A stretch of DNA of 32,000 nt, from positions 208,638 to 240,637 of the forward strand of contig DLHS01000018.1 in NCBI GenBank assembly GCA_002483345.1. Reading direction: 5' to 3'. The stretch's first letter is position 1. Each line of letters begins with the position of its first letter. Below are positions 21,401 through 29,208 of this stretch, one piece after another. The stretch comes from Bacteroidetes bacterium UBA7662 (lineage in GTDB: Bacteria; Bacteroidota; Bacteroidia; UBA7662). The notes below the pieces were generated by a model. That model saw nothing but the letters and a program-made list of their open reading frames with translations, was not told the origin of the DNA and searched no databases. Made by a program: the position numbers and the translations under genes.

Positions 21401-24304
21401 ATAAACATTGTAACGCAAACCTGCTGTCTGATCCAAACCTGTTACAGTATTGAAACCCATGTTTGATACAAAACCGGCAGGAAGGCTGGTAAGGCTGTTA
21501 AAGTTCTGTGTATATGGAACTGCCGTTGGTGTCACGAAAGATACGGTCCTCGTTCCGCCATTGTTCAGCAAATTGCCATCCGTCGGAGCAACCAGATCAG
21601 CTGTCAGCGTATAAGTGCCGGGGGTGATAAAGTTTACTGCCGATGACACCAGATAAGTCCTTGAGCTGTCTACCCTCAGTGAGTCACTGGTTATATTCAG
21701 GGTAAATGCCTGAGCAATCGGACCGGCGATGTTCACACTGATGGTTGAGTTATTAGCTGCAAAGTTGTAAGTCTGAAAGCCTACATTCTTAAGGGTTACC
21801 CGAATACTATGGTTGCTGTCAGCACAGGCTGAATTGGATATCACAGCTGTAATACCCAGGTCAAATGGCGAAGGCGTAAATTCATAGGCGCCCATATCCG
21901 GAGCTGTAGCACTGCGGGTTGTACCCAAAATATCAGTGGAAACAGCTGGTATAGGCGTTCCGAGGTCGTTGCTCAAAAATGCCGTAGGAATCGCCAGGAT
22001 TGGAGAACTGAAGCCAGGGTTACGGCTGACAGAGTTAGCATCTCTTGTGGATGCAGTTGTCCAGTCTGCCAAAGTCAGATAATCAGTGGCATCCACCTGA
22101 ACCAAAGCATTGGTGAGGGCAGTACCATTGGACTCGTCATACAAATAGAAATTATTGTAATTCGAAACCGTCACATTCTTAAGAGTGTCATTACTGAAAT
22201 ACAAACCACGCATGCCGGAAGCAGCGTTGGCGCCGGTAGGCTGATAGGCTACCATCATATTGTTCATGATGGTGGCACCATTCCAGGCCGGTGTTGTGTT
22301 CGAACCACCTGTCATAAACAGAGGCGCCATGGTGGTGGTTGCCCCTGCCAATACATTGGCTCCGATATTTACAGAATTATGCAATACCGACACACGGTCG
22401 AGCGGATTTACGGGGGCTGTAGCGGTTGCACTGAACGAACCGCTTACATAAATACCGTACAAAGAGGTAAAGGCACTGGTATGTATGAATGACTGTCCTG
22501 AAACAGCATTATTTACAATAAGATTTTCAAGACCTGTGCTATCATTCGCATTGAAAACATAAATACCTGCATTCCCGATGGTTCCTGAAACAACGTTCTG
22601 GGAAATATTGAAGCCGATAACCCGCGATAAATAAATCCCGTATCCAAAAGTTGACGCAGCAGTACTGACCGTATTGCTGTTTACATTCATCATCGACTGA
22701 TTTACACCATAAATACCATAACGGTAGTTGGTCAGTGTATTATTCAGCACCTGGTTGAAGCTTTCATAACCATTGTTGGCAGTAGGTCCTGTCAGGTAAA
22801 TGGTATAATAGAAACCATTGAAGCTGTTTCCTGAAATGTTCAGATTATCTGAATTATCAGCAAAAATACCATAGTTGCCGCTTGAAGTAGAAGACAATGG
22901 TGTCTGGTCATCAAATACACAACTTACGACGGTGCCAAAATTAGATTCTCCGCCAAAACGTATCTGATAAAATGAACCTGCCGGAGCATTCAGCGTCCGT
23001 CTGAAAGTCAGGAGAGAGAACGTTACATTGGGTGTATTGGTCAGATTAAAAATACTCTTATTCGTAGCAGCGGTTGCTGTATCATGTACCAGAATTACAT
23101 CTGCTGCATTGCTGGTGGCCGAGGTAAAAGTGATGCTGTTGGGGGCAGCTGCACCCAATATATTTTGCAGTACATAACTGCCATAATAAACGCCCGGTTG
23201 AATCTGAAAAGTTACCGGAGCAGATATTCCGCAGTTTGTAAGGTCGCTGACTGCTGCAGCGATGGTCGTATAGTTACCGGTAGCACCTATGGTGTAGGTA
23301 CCGAAAAGTCCCGTACAGATATTGGATACCAGGGTATCGTTACTGGTGTTGTTGTCCGCACCCAGTCCATTGGCATTGGAAAGCCAGGTTTTGATGGTGT
23401 AGGCACCTGGAGTCGTAATGTTCAGGGGTGTCGAGAAGGAGTAATCAAATGTTTGTCCTGCAGCCAAAGGTGTCGGCGGTGAAACTGCCGTAACTGATAC
23501 CGGAGGGTTGTTGTTCAATTGATACGACAAATTAAAGTTCGCAATCGGGTCTGCAGCCACGTTTACAACCCGGGCGGTCACCTGATTGTTACCTATGATA
23601 AGGTTAACCGGTGAAACCAAACTACCCAAACGGGCATCCCGACCTGATGGAGGCAGGATACCAATACGCATATTAGGGCGCTGATTCGCTACGGCCAATA
23701 CAGGGCCAAAAGCATTGTCTGTTGCATAGCTACAGTTCCCGTTTCCGTCACTCCTGTAGTTGTAACTGGATACAAAACTTGTAGTAGACTGATTAACAGA
23801 AGCATTGTTGGTATAAGTCGTATTGTTATGACATATTTCAATGATAATGTTACTTACACCATCCCATTGAAATGGGGTAGTAAAAGTATGGGTATTCCAG
23901 CCCAGGACTTCCTGATAACTTGCAACTGTAAATACCTGTGTTAAACCAGTCACGCCAGAAGTCGGAGCTGTTGCCGGAAACTCTGTGAGCGTGGTGTGCC
24001 CTATTTTAATGGTAAAATTCGTCAGTGCTGTTGAATTTGCACCAACGTAAGGATTCACAGCTGAAACATCAAATGCCAGCGACTGAATCATACCAGGGGT
24101 TGCACCAACCGAACTAAGCTCAGAAGCCCGGATGATGTACTGATCTGCCGAGCCCCAATAATAGTTACCATAAGGTGCCGGATAGCTCGTGGATGAGTTG
24201 GTTACCGTGCCAGTGCCAATTTCGTATATCACCTGTGCCGAACTGATGCCGGAGGCCAATACCATTAACAATAACAAGGACCATGAACGTAGATTTTTCA
24301 ACAT
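18455..24304 (-). CDS. Giant (1949 aa) secreted multidomain T9SS cargo protein: N-domain, CARDB-like x4, beta-helix, two jelly-roll (MAM-like/Asp-box) modules, Ig-like, lamin-tail-like domain, T9SS CTD
   Basis: The track start 24310 is a TTG; the ATG at 24304 gives the signal peptide MLKNLRSWSLLLLMVLASGISSAQ. CARDB-like modules start at GRDARLGSLVSP (223), FDLGITAVIS (816), VDLSVNRVLGP (1092) and PDIGVSLIAAP (1749). The beta-helix spans ~335-811 and ends APDMGAYEF. One jelly-roll carries VQVSTDCGVSF (1021). A second jelly-roll carries the Asp-box TTDGGNTW (1296). An LTD-like module spans ~1512-1680. The CTD is VYPNPAESFVNFEFNEF...MYSYRFIASDQVQHGNLVVKK. Confidence 0.85.
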   Translation of the reverse strand: MLKNLRSWSLLLLMVLASGISSAQVIYEIGTGTVTNSSTSYPAPYGNYYWGSADQYIIRASELSSVGATPGMIQSLAFDVSAVNPYVGANSTALTNFTIKIGHTTLTEFPATAPTSGVTGLTQVFTVASYQEVLGWNTHTFTTPFQWDGVSNIIIEICHNNTTYTNNASVNQSTTSFVSSYNYRSDGNGNCSYATDNAFGPVLAVANQRPNMRIGILPPSGRDARLGSLVSPVNLIIGNNQVTARVVNVAADPIANFNLSYQLNNNPPVSVTAVSPPTPLAAGQTFDYSFSTPLNITTPGAYTIKTWLSNANGLGADNNTSNDTLVSNICTGLFGTYTIGATGNYTTIAAAVSDLTNCGISAPVTFQIQPGVYYGSYVLQNILGAAAPNSITFTSATSNAADVILVHDTATAATNKSIFNLTNTPNVTFSLLTFRRTLNAPAGSFYQIRFGGESNFGTVVSCVFDDQTPLSSTSSGNYGIFADNSDNLNISGNSFNGFYYTIYLTGPTANNGYESFNQVLNNTLTNYRYGIYGVNQSMMNVNSNTVSTAASTFGYGIYLSRVIGFNISQNVVSGTIGNAGIYVFNANDSTGLENLIVNNAVSGQSFIHTSAFTSLYGIYVSGSFSATATAPVNPLDRVSVLHNSVNIGANVLAGATTTMAPLFMTGGSNTTPAWNGATIMNNMMVAYQPTGANAASGMRGLYFSNDTLKNVTVSNYNNFYLYDESNGTALTNALVQVDATDYLTLADWTTASTRDANSVSRNPGFSSPILAIPTAFLSNDLGTPIPAVSTDILGTTRSATAPDMGAYEFTPSPFDLGITAVISNSACADSNHSIRVTLKNVGFQTYNFAANNSTISVNIAGPIAQAFTLNITSDSLRVDSSRTYLVSSAVNFITPGTYTLTADLVAPTDGNLLNNGGTRTVSFVTPTAVPYTQNFNSLTSLPAGFVSNMGFNTVTGLDQTAGLRYNVYGVNASSVTLPFFGPIPSSGYIFEFAYKMTEWSGWSWPGTPLPLGVGDTIKVQVSTDCGVSFQTVSAITDQNYVASDQFTYFRINLNAYTGDEIYLRVVFEQTSGLDVYFDLDNFRVFLPPPVDLSVNRVLGPTEGCGLTNDTVTVRLINNGTAAQSAFPLIYTLNGGTPVSETFAGPINPGDTIIYNFNTLVNVSTIGVYNIVAYHGRAGDGDFSNDTARTTFNNIPIVSSFPYTESWENGAGGWIAGGTASSWALGIPTTSGGASPAYSDSNAWVTNLTGDYNSNEQSHITSPCFDLSALSNVRVRFGIWYETEEGWDGVTLQYTTDGGNTWSVAGAVGAGVNWYSAASVGASNGLPVWANTNGSGSGGWLPAELTIPALANQASVRFRFLFGSDGSGENEGIGIDSFRVDLPTDPIIQTVTTATDSCINATREITANITQFRSLTTVNLHHDLVGSGTFTAIPMTRVGISSNWTATIPVSSPAVRNRYFVTVVDSIGLTDTSGTISYKDNYLGLTVFPLNRTALIGDTVVLRAFATGIANVKITEVVQYRTGTGQTPTYPAHVSGEDLVEISNLGSSPADLTGFTFDMVGAGARNYTFPAGAIVPGNGTLVLHLGTGTDDPANAYFNTGGTTDGISSGSATGYIMKDAAGTIVDALATNGYTFDVASGVTAADWSGNLASSSGLAGVIRTNSDNNDAADWVLSSATSLMSVGSLNTGMTMSTSAGSIVWNTIPPTNGDTLVAGPFTSNGTFTYTATLSDGRCNVSVTATVVVGASPPDIGVSLIAAPASGSTINTNSPIDVTARIKNYGGVAASGFDVEYRVNGGLSIVTNSITQTIAPGDSLMHTFTLAWTPPATGATFSICANTTGLPNEVNRANDTACATIVSTVGVDELAISNRLIGKVYPNPAESFVNFEFNEFQGKGTLEIHDKLGRVVATVAVDRANGPVQSVRTETWAAGMYSYRFIASDQVQHGNLVVKK
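18458..18703 (-). other. Type-A T9SS C-terminal sorting domain of giant gene 3
   Basis: NRLIGKVYPNPAESFVNFEFNEFQGKGTLEIHDKLGRVVATVAVDRANGPVQSVRTETWAAGMYSYRFIASDQVQHGNLVVKK. Confidence 0.8.
19271..19777 (-). other. Lamin-tail-domain (LTD)-like module inside giant gene 3
   Basis: ORF aa ~1512-1680: NVKITEVVQYRTGTGQ...SGEDLVEISNLGSSPADLTGFTFDMVGAGARNYTFPAGAIVPGNGTLVLHLGTG...GYIMKDAAGTIVDAL. This follows the LTD pattern I.E(v/i)...(ew)vEl.N.g...vdLsGw.l......ytfp.g..l.pg..lvv........l.L.d..G.vvD.v. Confidence 0.55.
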
Positions 24305-24515
24305 AGCCAAAATTTAAAGTACCAATCTAAGAAAATTTTGACCTGACTTTTTCGTGACAGAGAAAAAAATAAGAAAAAAAAGATACGGTCAACGTCAAAA
24401 AAGTTGCCGATTCCGTCAGATTTTAAGCTGAAAACGTCGTAGTCAGATTAGTTAAAGACCTTTTAATCCTTATTAAAGCAGGATTATAAAACAGGCTTAT
24501 GACATAAATATGACA

Positions 24516-24545
24516 AAAGTCCCTCCCTGAAAGGGCGGATACTTT
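24516..24545 (-). terminator. Possible weak terminator hairpin downstream of the pyrC-like gene
   Basis: Imperfect stem aaagt-ccctccct / agggcgg-at-acttt with internal mismatches, followed on the minus strand by tttgtcatattt. About 115 bp after the stop at 24661. Confidence 0.35.
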
Positions 24546-24660
24546 GTTCAAAAAATGCTATCGGAAATGCTACCTTTTGATGAACCGGCCACTTTGCCAC
24601 TGCTGATCCGTTTTGAAACAATGTATGATTTATCAGGCGTCAGAATTTGTTGGCGCAGTG

Positions 24661-25992
24661 TCATTTGAAAGTCAATCGTTTTCCCCTGACAGCTTCATTC
24701 AGCTTACCCTCACTCCAGACCAATTCCCCGCTGACCAGCGTATGTTTTACATGCTGGCGGAAAATTGTTCCTTCCAGCGGCGACCAACCACATTTGTACA
24801 GGAGATTTTCTTTGCTTACAGACCAGGTTCTATCTTCTATAACCGCTAAATCTGCCCAATAACCTTCACGCACAAAACCTCTTTCCTGTATCCCAAACAA
24901 TATGGCAGGATTGTGTGCCATCTTCTGAACTACACTTTCCAACGATATTTTACCCTGTCTTACAAATTCAAGCATGGCTACCAGGCTGTGTTGTACCAAA
25001 GGTCCGCCAGATGGCGCTCTGAGCAATCCCTGGCTTTTCTCTTCCAGGGTATGGGGGGCATGGTCTGTGGCCACCACATCAATCCGGCCATCAAGCAAGG
25101 CCTCCCATACCCCTGCCCTGTCGGCCGCGGTTTTTACCGCGGGATTCCATTTGATCAGGTTACCCAGTCTTTCATAGTCTTCATCAGAAAACCAAAGGTG
25201 GTGAATACAGGCTTCTGCTGTTATTTTCTTCTCTTCCAGGGGGATATCATTCCTGAATAGCCCGGTTTCTTTGGCTGTAGAAATGTGTAATACGTGCAGC
25301 CGGGTGCCGTGTTTCTCAGCCAGCGCTACCGCCCTGGAAGAAGAGGCATAGCAGGCTGCAGCATTTCTGATCAGCGGATGAAGGCTGGGCGGCAGATTTT
25401 CGCCGTATTCCGCTTTGTAACGGGCCAGATTGGCAGCTATCATCTGGTCGTCCTCGCAATGGACTGCAATGACTGCTTTTACTTCGCTGAAAATACGGTC
25501 CAGGGTACTGCTGTCGTCAACCAGCATATTACCGGTGCTTGACCCCATGAATATTTTAAGACCACACACCTGGCTGAAATCTACTTTGCGGATTTCAGCC
25601 AGATTGTCGTTGGTGGTACCCATGAAAAAAGAATAATTGGCTGCCGAGACTTCGGCGGCACGACTGTACTTCTGCTCCAGCAATGCCAGTGTAGTAGCTC
25701 CCGGAACTGTATTGGGCATTTCCATATAGCTGGTTACACCACCTGCCACGGCAGCAATAGATTCTGTCCTAATCTCCGCTTTATGGGTCAGACCCGGTTC
25801 TCTGAAATGTACCTGGTCGTCGATGGCACCCGGTAAAAGTAATTTACCCTGAAGGTCGAGCACCTGATCTGCAACAGGCCGTTTCTGAAGGCTGTCAAGC
25901 TGCCAGATACGACCATTTTTGACCAGAACGTTGGCTTCAAAGTCTTCTCCTTCGTTGATAATACGGGCATTCCGAATCGCAATGGTCCTCAT
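24661..25992 (-). CDS. pyrC: Dihydroorotase-like cyclic amidohydrolase (metal-dependent amidohydrolase superfamily); most likely PyrC
   Basis: 443-aa ORF with an ATG start. Amidohydrolase ligand set in order: LPGAIDDQVHFREPG (metal site 1), GLKIFMGSS (carbamylated-Lys position), IAVHCEDD, LHVLHIST, VATDHAPH. The length and N/C-terminal composite beta-domain are typical of long (class I-like) DHOases. Confidence 0.78.
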   Translation of the reverse strand: MRTIAIRNARIINEGEDFEANVLVKNGRIWQLDSLQKRPVADQVLDLQGKLLLPGAIDDQVHFREPGLTHKAEIRTESIAAVAGGVTSYMEMPNTVPGATTLALLEQKYSRAAEVSAANYSFFMGTTNDNLAEIRKVDFSQVCGLKIFMGSSTGNMLVDDSSTLDRIFSEVKAVIAVHCEDDQMIAANLARYKAEYGENLPPSLHPLIRNAAACYASSSRAVALAEKHGTRLHVLHISTAKETGLFRNDIPLEEKKITAEACIHHLWFSDEDYERLGNLIKWNPAVKTAADRAGVWEALLDGRIDVVATDHAPHTLEEKSQGLLRAPSGGPLVQHSLVAMLEFVRQGKISLESVVQKMAHNPAILFGIQERGFVREGYWADLAVIEDRTWSVSKENLLYKCGWSPLEGTIFRQHVKHTLVSGELVWSEGKLNEAVRGKRLTFK

Positions 25993-26016
25993 TTGGTGTA
26001 TATTAGTTGGCTAAAA

Positions 26017-26024
26017 CAAAAGTA
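26017..26024 (-). promoter_or_regulatory. Candidate Bacteroidota sigma-A -7 box (TAnnTTTG) for the pyrC-like gene
   Basis: The minus strand reads ...aacaTTGACAaggattcagccagTACTTTTGttttagccaactaatatacaccaaATG. It has an exact TAnnTTTG 24 nt upstream of the ATG and a TTG 16 nt further upstream. It sits in the 76-bp divergent gap shared with the S8 protease gene. Confidence 0.4.
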
Positions 26025-26068
26025 CTGGCTGAATCCTTGTCAATGTTAGGCCTTTCAAAAATAAACGA

Positions 26069-29000
26069 ATGAAGAAACTTCTATGCTGCTTTTCATGCCT
26101 GCTGCTCAGTTTGCAGGCTTTTGCACAGTCCGGCATCATTGATGAAGCCCTGTATCAGCAACTCAACGACCCGCAGCGGCAGGAAGAATATTTCAGGGTA
26201 CGCATCCTTCTGGCTGATCAGGTAGACCTGGCCGCGCTTTCGCAGACACTCGACCAAACGCGTGCCGATCGAGACACCCGTATCCGTACTGTGGTGAAGG
26301 CCTTGATGGACAAAGCTGCGGCTACCCAAACACCACTGCTTGAAACGCTGAGCAGCCTTAGCAAACTTCACAGAGACGATATCAAATTTTATGAGGCCTA
26401 CTGGATTGCCAATCTGGTGGTCACCGATGCACGACCTGCGGTTATACTATATCTGGCACAATCGGTCCCGGGCATTGCCCTGATTGATCCTGACCTGGAT
26501 CTGGAGTTCAAAAACGACCCTGTATTGGAAGAACCCGGACATTTTAGTCCGAATGCTGTCAATGGCAGTGAAATTGGTCTGCGCGTCATCAAATCAGATT
26601 CGCTCTGGAAAAAAGGTTATACCGGCAGGGGCCGTTTGGGCATGATTATCGACAGCGGAGCCAGCGGCAATCACCCTGCCTTGCGTTCCAGGTGGCGTGG
26701 TAATTTTGTACCGGTGAGTCATGCATGGCTGGGGCCGAGTGGTTCTGTTTTCCCCAATGAGTGTGGTGGTGACCATGGTTCACATGTGATGGGCATCATA
26801 CTCGGACTCGACCGGGCCACCAACGATACCATTGGTTCAGCTGTTAATGCCCAATGGATAGCGGCATCAGGCATAAGTTGTTCCGGGGGTCCGTCTACCA
26901 CCGCCTCCTTTCAATGGGGACTGAATCCTGACGGAGATTCCAGCACTACAGCTGATGTGCCGGATGTAATCAATAACTCCTGGGGCGGCAGTACCGGTGG
27001 TACCAGTCAGTGTAACGGGAGCTACGTGCCTGTTTTTAATGCCCTGGAAGCAGCAGGAATTGCGGTTGTTTTTTCAGCAGGTAACAGTGGCCCCAATGTA
27101 TCCACCATTACTTCCCCCAAAAACATCAATACCAACGAAGTAAATGTATTTTGTACAGGCAACATCAACGGGAATAACAGCAGCTTCCCAATTGCCAGCA
27201 GCTCCAGCCGCGGCCCCTCCATCTGTTCGAACCCCGAAAGTGGCCTTCAGATTAAGCCGGAAGTGGTAGCACCAGGCAGCAGTGTGCGTTCTTCCATCGG
27301 AGCCAGCAGCTATGGAACCAAAACCGGCACTTCCATGGCTGCACCCCATGTATCAGGGGGTGTCTTACTTCTTAAGGAAGCCTTCCCCAACGCACCCGGC
27401 AGCGATATACTCCGAGCCATCTATGTTACGGCTATCGATATGGGTACAGCGGGAGAAGATAATACCTATGGCAATGGCCGTGTTGACCTGAATGCTGCCT
27501 TCAACCACCTGGCGCTCACCTACAATCCCACCCCTCCCCAGGGCGGCGCCTACAATGTAAAAGCAGAAAGTACTACCGCAACGAACATGGCCCTGTGTGG
27601 TGACAGTCTTGCCACAGCCGTCACGGTGCGTAACATCGGTGATTCTGTTATCACCAGTATTCAGCTGGATGTTGCCATCAACAACAGCTCCGTACTTCAA
27701 TACAACTGGACAGGTAGCCTGGCCAGCAATGCCAGTACCAGCATACAACTTCCTTCTATGTGGGTACCAGCTGCGGCAACCAACAACAGTCTGTCCATCA
27801 GGGTGAAACTCGACACCAACCTGGCAGAGTTAGACACCTTTGACAACCGTATACTGACTTCATTTCAGGTAAGGGTCAATGCACCCACACCTTTCCGGGA
27901 ACAATTCGAGGCTTCCAACATAAACACCACCCCATTTTATGTGCGCAACCCTGACAATGGCATTGGCTGGGTAAACGGAAGTGCCACCGGCCAGCCAGGT
28001 TCCTTCAGGTCGGCTATGATGAACTGCTACAACTACAGCAGCCGCGATCAGTTTGACTACCTCGAAACCCCTAATTTGCAGCTTCCCGATACCGGACAGG
28101 CTACCCTGCGTTTTTATCTGGCCTATGCACAAAACCCGGGCAACAGTGATAGCCTCTTTGTACAGCTTTCTACCGATTGTGGCCAGAGTTTCAGCGCACC
28201 GGTTTACGCAAACGGCGGCGCCAATATGGGTACCACAACCGCCCGTAACACACCCTTTACCCCCGTGACTGACAGCGACTGGAGGAGAATTGACATCCCG
28301 CTGAACAGCTACATTGGTCAGGGCCGCGTCATTGTCAGGTTTGCCGTCAAGAATGATTTTGGCAACAATATTTATCTGGACAGATTAAGTATTACCAGCA
28401 ACAGCAGCAAGCCGGTAGCTGATTTCAGTTATGACTTGCCATCGGGCTGTGCTCCCCTGAACGTTGATTTTGACGATGTAAGCTTGTTTGCGGGCACCCG
28501 CAGTTGGCAGCTCAACGGTACTCCGGCAGGAACTGCAAACCCGAATACCTTGAGCCTGACAGCTGGCAACCACACTGTAAGCCTGATTGCCAGTAATTCA
28601 TTCGGCAGCGATACACTTACCTATAGCGTAAACGTGCCCTCCTCTCCGATAGTAGATTTTAATGTTTTGATCGATACAGTACGCCAGGGCCAGCAAATCA
28701 ATCTGGTGAATCTGAGTCAGTTTGCCACTTCATTTCTGTGGGAATTCGGAGATGGCACCGTCTCCAACGCCTTTGGTCCGAGCAAAATCTATGCTGACAC
28801 GGGCTGGTACGACATCAGCCTTACCGGAATTACCAATGGCTGTGCCGTGAGACTGGATAAACTACGTGCCGTTTATGTCCAGGGAGCCACGGTCAGTGTA
28901 CACGATCTCGGCGTATCCGGCTTTCGGATTTACCCCAATCCTGCAAAGGATCAACTGACTATAGACGCAGACGAGCCCCTGCTGCAAGGTATTCAGCTTG

Positions 29001-29149
29001 TTGACTTACTCGGTCGCAAACAACTGGACGTAGCTCCGACCTCAGCATCAAGTATTCATATATCCCTGGAAACCCTTAAACCGGGCATGTATCTGATACA
29101 TCTCCCAACTGAAAACGGTGTATTGATCAGAAAACTAATCAAAGAATAA
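26069..29149 (+). CDS. Secreted subtilisin-like serine protease (peptidase S8) with CARDB-like, jelly-roll, 2x PKD-like modules and a T9SS CTD
   Basis: 1026-aa ORF with an ATG start. Signal peptide MKKLLCCFSCLLLSLQAFAQ, followed by a propeptide-like region. Catalytic triad in D-H-S order: GMIIDSGASG (D195), GGDHGSHVMG (H236), GTSMAAPHVSG (S422), plus oxyanion FSAGNSGP (N339). The CARDB-like module spans ~497-603. A jelly-roll at ~607-777 carries VQLSTDCGQSF. PKD-like modules carry CAPLNVDFDD and WEFGDGT. The CTD is FRIYPNPAKDQLTID...GMYLIHL...IRKLIKE. Confidence 0.9.
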   Translation: MKKLLCCFSCLLLSLQAFAQSGIIDEALYQQLNDPQRQEEYFRVRILLADQVDLAALSQTLDQTRADRDTRIRTVVKALMDKAAATQTPLLETLSSLSKLHRDDIKFYEAYWIANLVVTDARPAVILYLAQSVPGIALIDPDLDLEFKNDPVLEEPGHFSPNAVNGSEIGLRVIKSDSLWKKGYTGRGRLGMIIDSGASGNHPALRSRWRGNFVPVSHAWLGPSGSVFPNECGGDHGSHVMGIILGLDRATNDTIGSAVNAQWIAASGISCSGGPSTTASFQWGLNPDGDSSTTADVPDVINNSWGGSTGGTSQCNGSYVPVFNALEAAGIAVVFSAGNSGPNVSTITSPKNINTNEVNVFCTGNINGNNSSFPIASSSSRGPSICSNPESGLQIKPEVVAPGSSVRSSIGASSYGTKTGTSMAAPHVSGGVLLLKEAFPNAPGSDILRAIYVTAIDMGTAGEDNTYGNGRVDLNAAFNHLALTYNPTPPQGGAYNVKAESTTATNMALCGDSLATAVTVRNIGDSVITSIQLDVAINNSSVLQYNWTGSLASNASTSIQLPSMWVPAAATNNSLSIRVKLDTNLAELDTFDNRILTSFQVRVNAPTPFREQFEASNINTTPFYVRNPDNGIGWVNGSATGQPGSFRSAMMNCYNYSSRDQFDYLETPNLQLPDTGQATLRFYLAYAQNPGNSDSLFVQLSTDCGQSFSAPVYANGGANMGTTTARNTPFTPVTDSDWRRIDIPLNSYIGQGRVIVRFAVKNDFGNNIYLDRLSITSNSSKPVADFSYDLPSGCAPLNVDFDDVSLFAGTRSWQLNGTPAGTANPNTLSLTAGNHTVSLIASNSFGSDTLTYSVNVPSSPIVDFNVLIDTVRQGQQINLVNLSQFATSFLWEFGDGTVSNAFGPSKIYADTGWYDISLTGITNGCAVRLDKLRAVYVQGATVSVHDLGVSGFRIYPNPAKDQLTIDADEPLLQGIQLVDLLGRKQLDVAPTSASSIHISLETLKPGMYLIHLPTENGVLIRKLIKE
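28916..29146 (+). other. Type-A T9SS C-terminal sorting domain of the S8 protease
   Basis: VSGFRIYPNPAKDQLTIDADEPLLQGIQLVDLLGRKQLDVAPTSASSIHISLETLKPGMYLIHLPTENGVLIRKLIKE. Confidence 0.8.
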
Positions 29150-29152
29150 GGT

Positions 29153-29208
29153 CTCCGTGCCTCCGTGAACTCAGTGATTTAAGCACGAAGCACACAGAGG
29201 CACGGAGT
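29153..29208. terminator. Palindromic hairpin filling the gap between the convergent S8 protease (+) and OM beta-barrel (-) genes
   Basis: Perfect 11-bp arms ctccgtgcctc (29153-29163) / gaggcacggag (29198-29208) around a 34-nt loop. There is no clean U-tract on either side, so its terminator function is inferred from position only. Confidence 0.5.

Noticed and set aside
6481-24304. The giant-gene array as a mobile or horizontally acquired island, a phase-variable (invertible-promoter) locus, or a diversity-generating retroelement target
   Set aside because: The window has no transposase, integrase, recombinase, reverse transcriptase, tRNA attachment site or flanking direct repeats. I found no inverted repeats bracketing the upstream regions and no template-repeat/variable-repeat pair. 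The neighbours are core genes.
6481-24304. Enrichment of the Bacteroidota O-glycosylation sequon D-[ST]-[AILMTV] in the giant proteins
   Set aside because: I counted about 13 sites in gene 3. A rough composition-based expectation for a ~1950-aa T/S-rich protein is ~9, so the excess is not convincing without a proper statistical count.
24555-24668. 37-aa plus-strand mini-ORF (MLSEMLPFDEPATLPLLIRFETMYDLSGVRICWRSVI) in the pyrC / gene 3 gap
   Set aside because: It overlaps the pyrC stop on the opposite strand and has no recognisable motif or promoter. It is indistinguishable from chance in a 350-bp gap.
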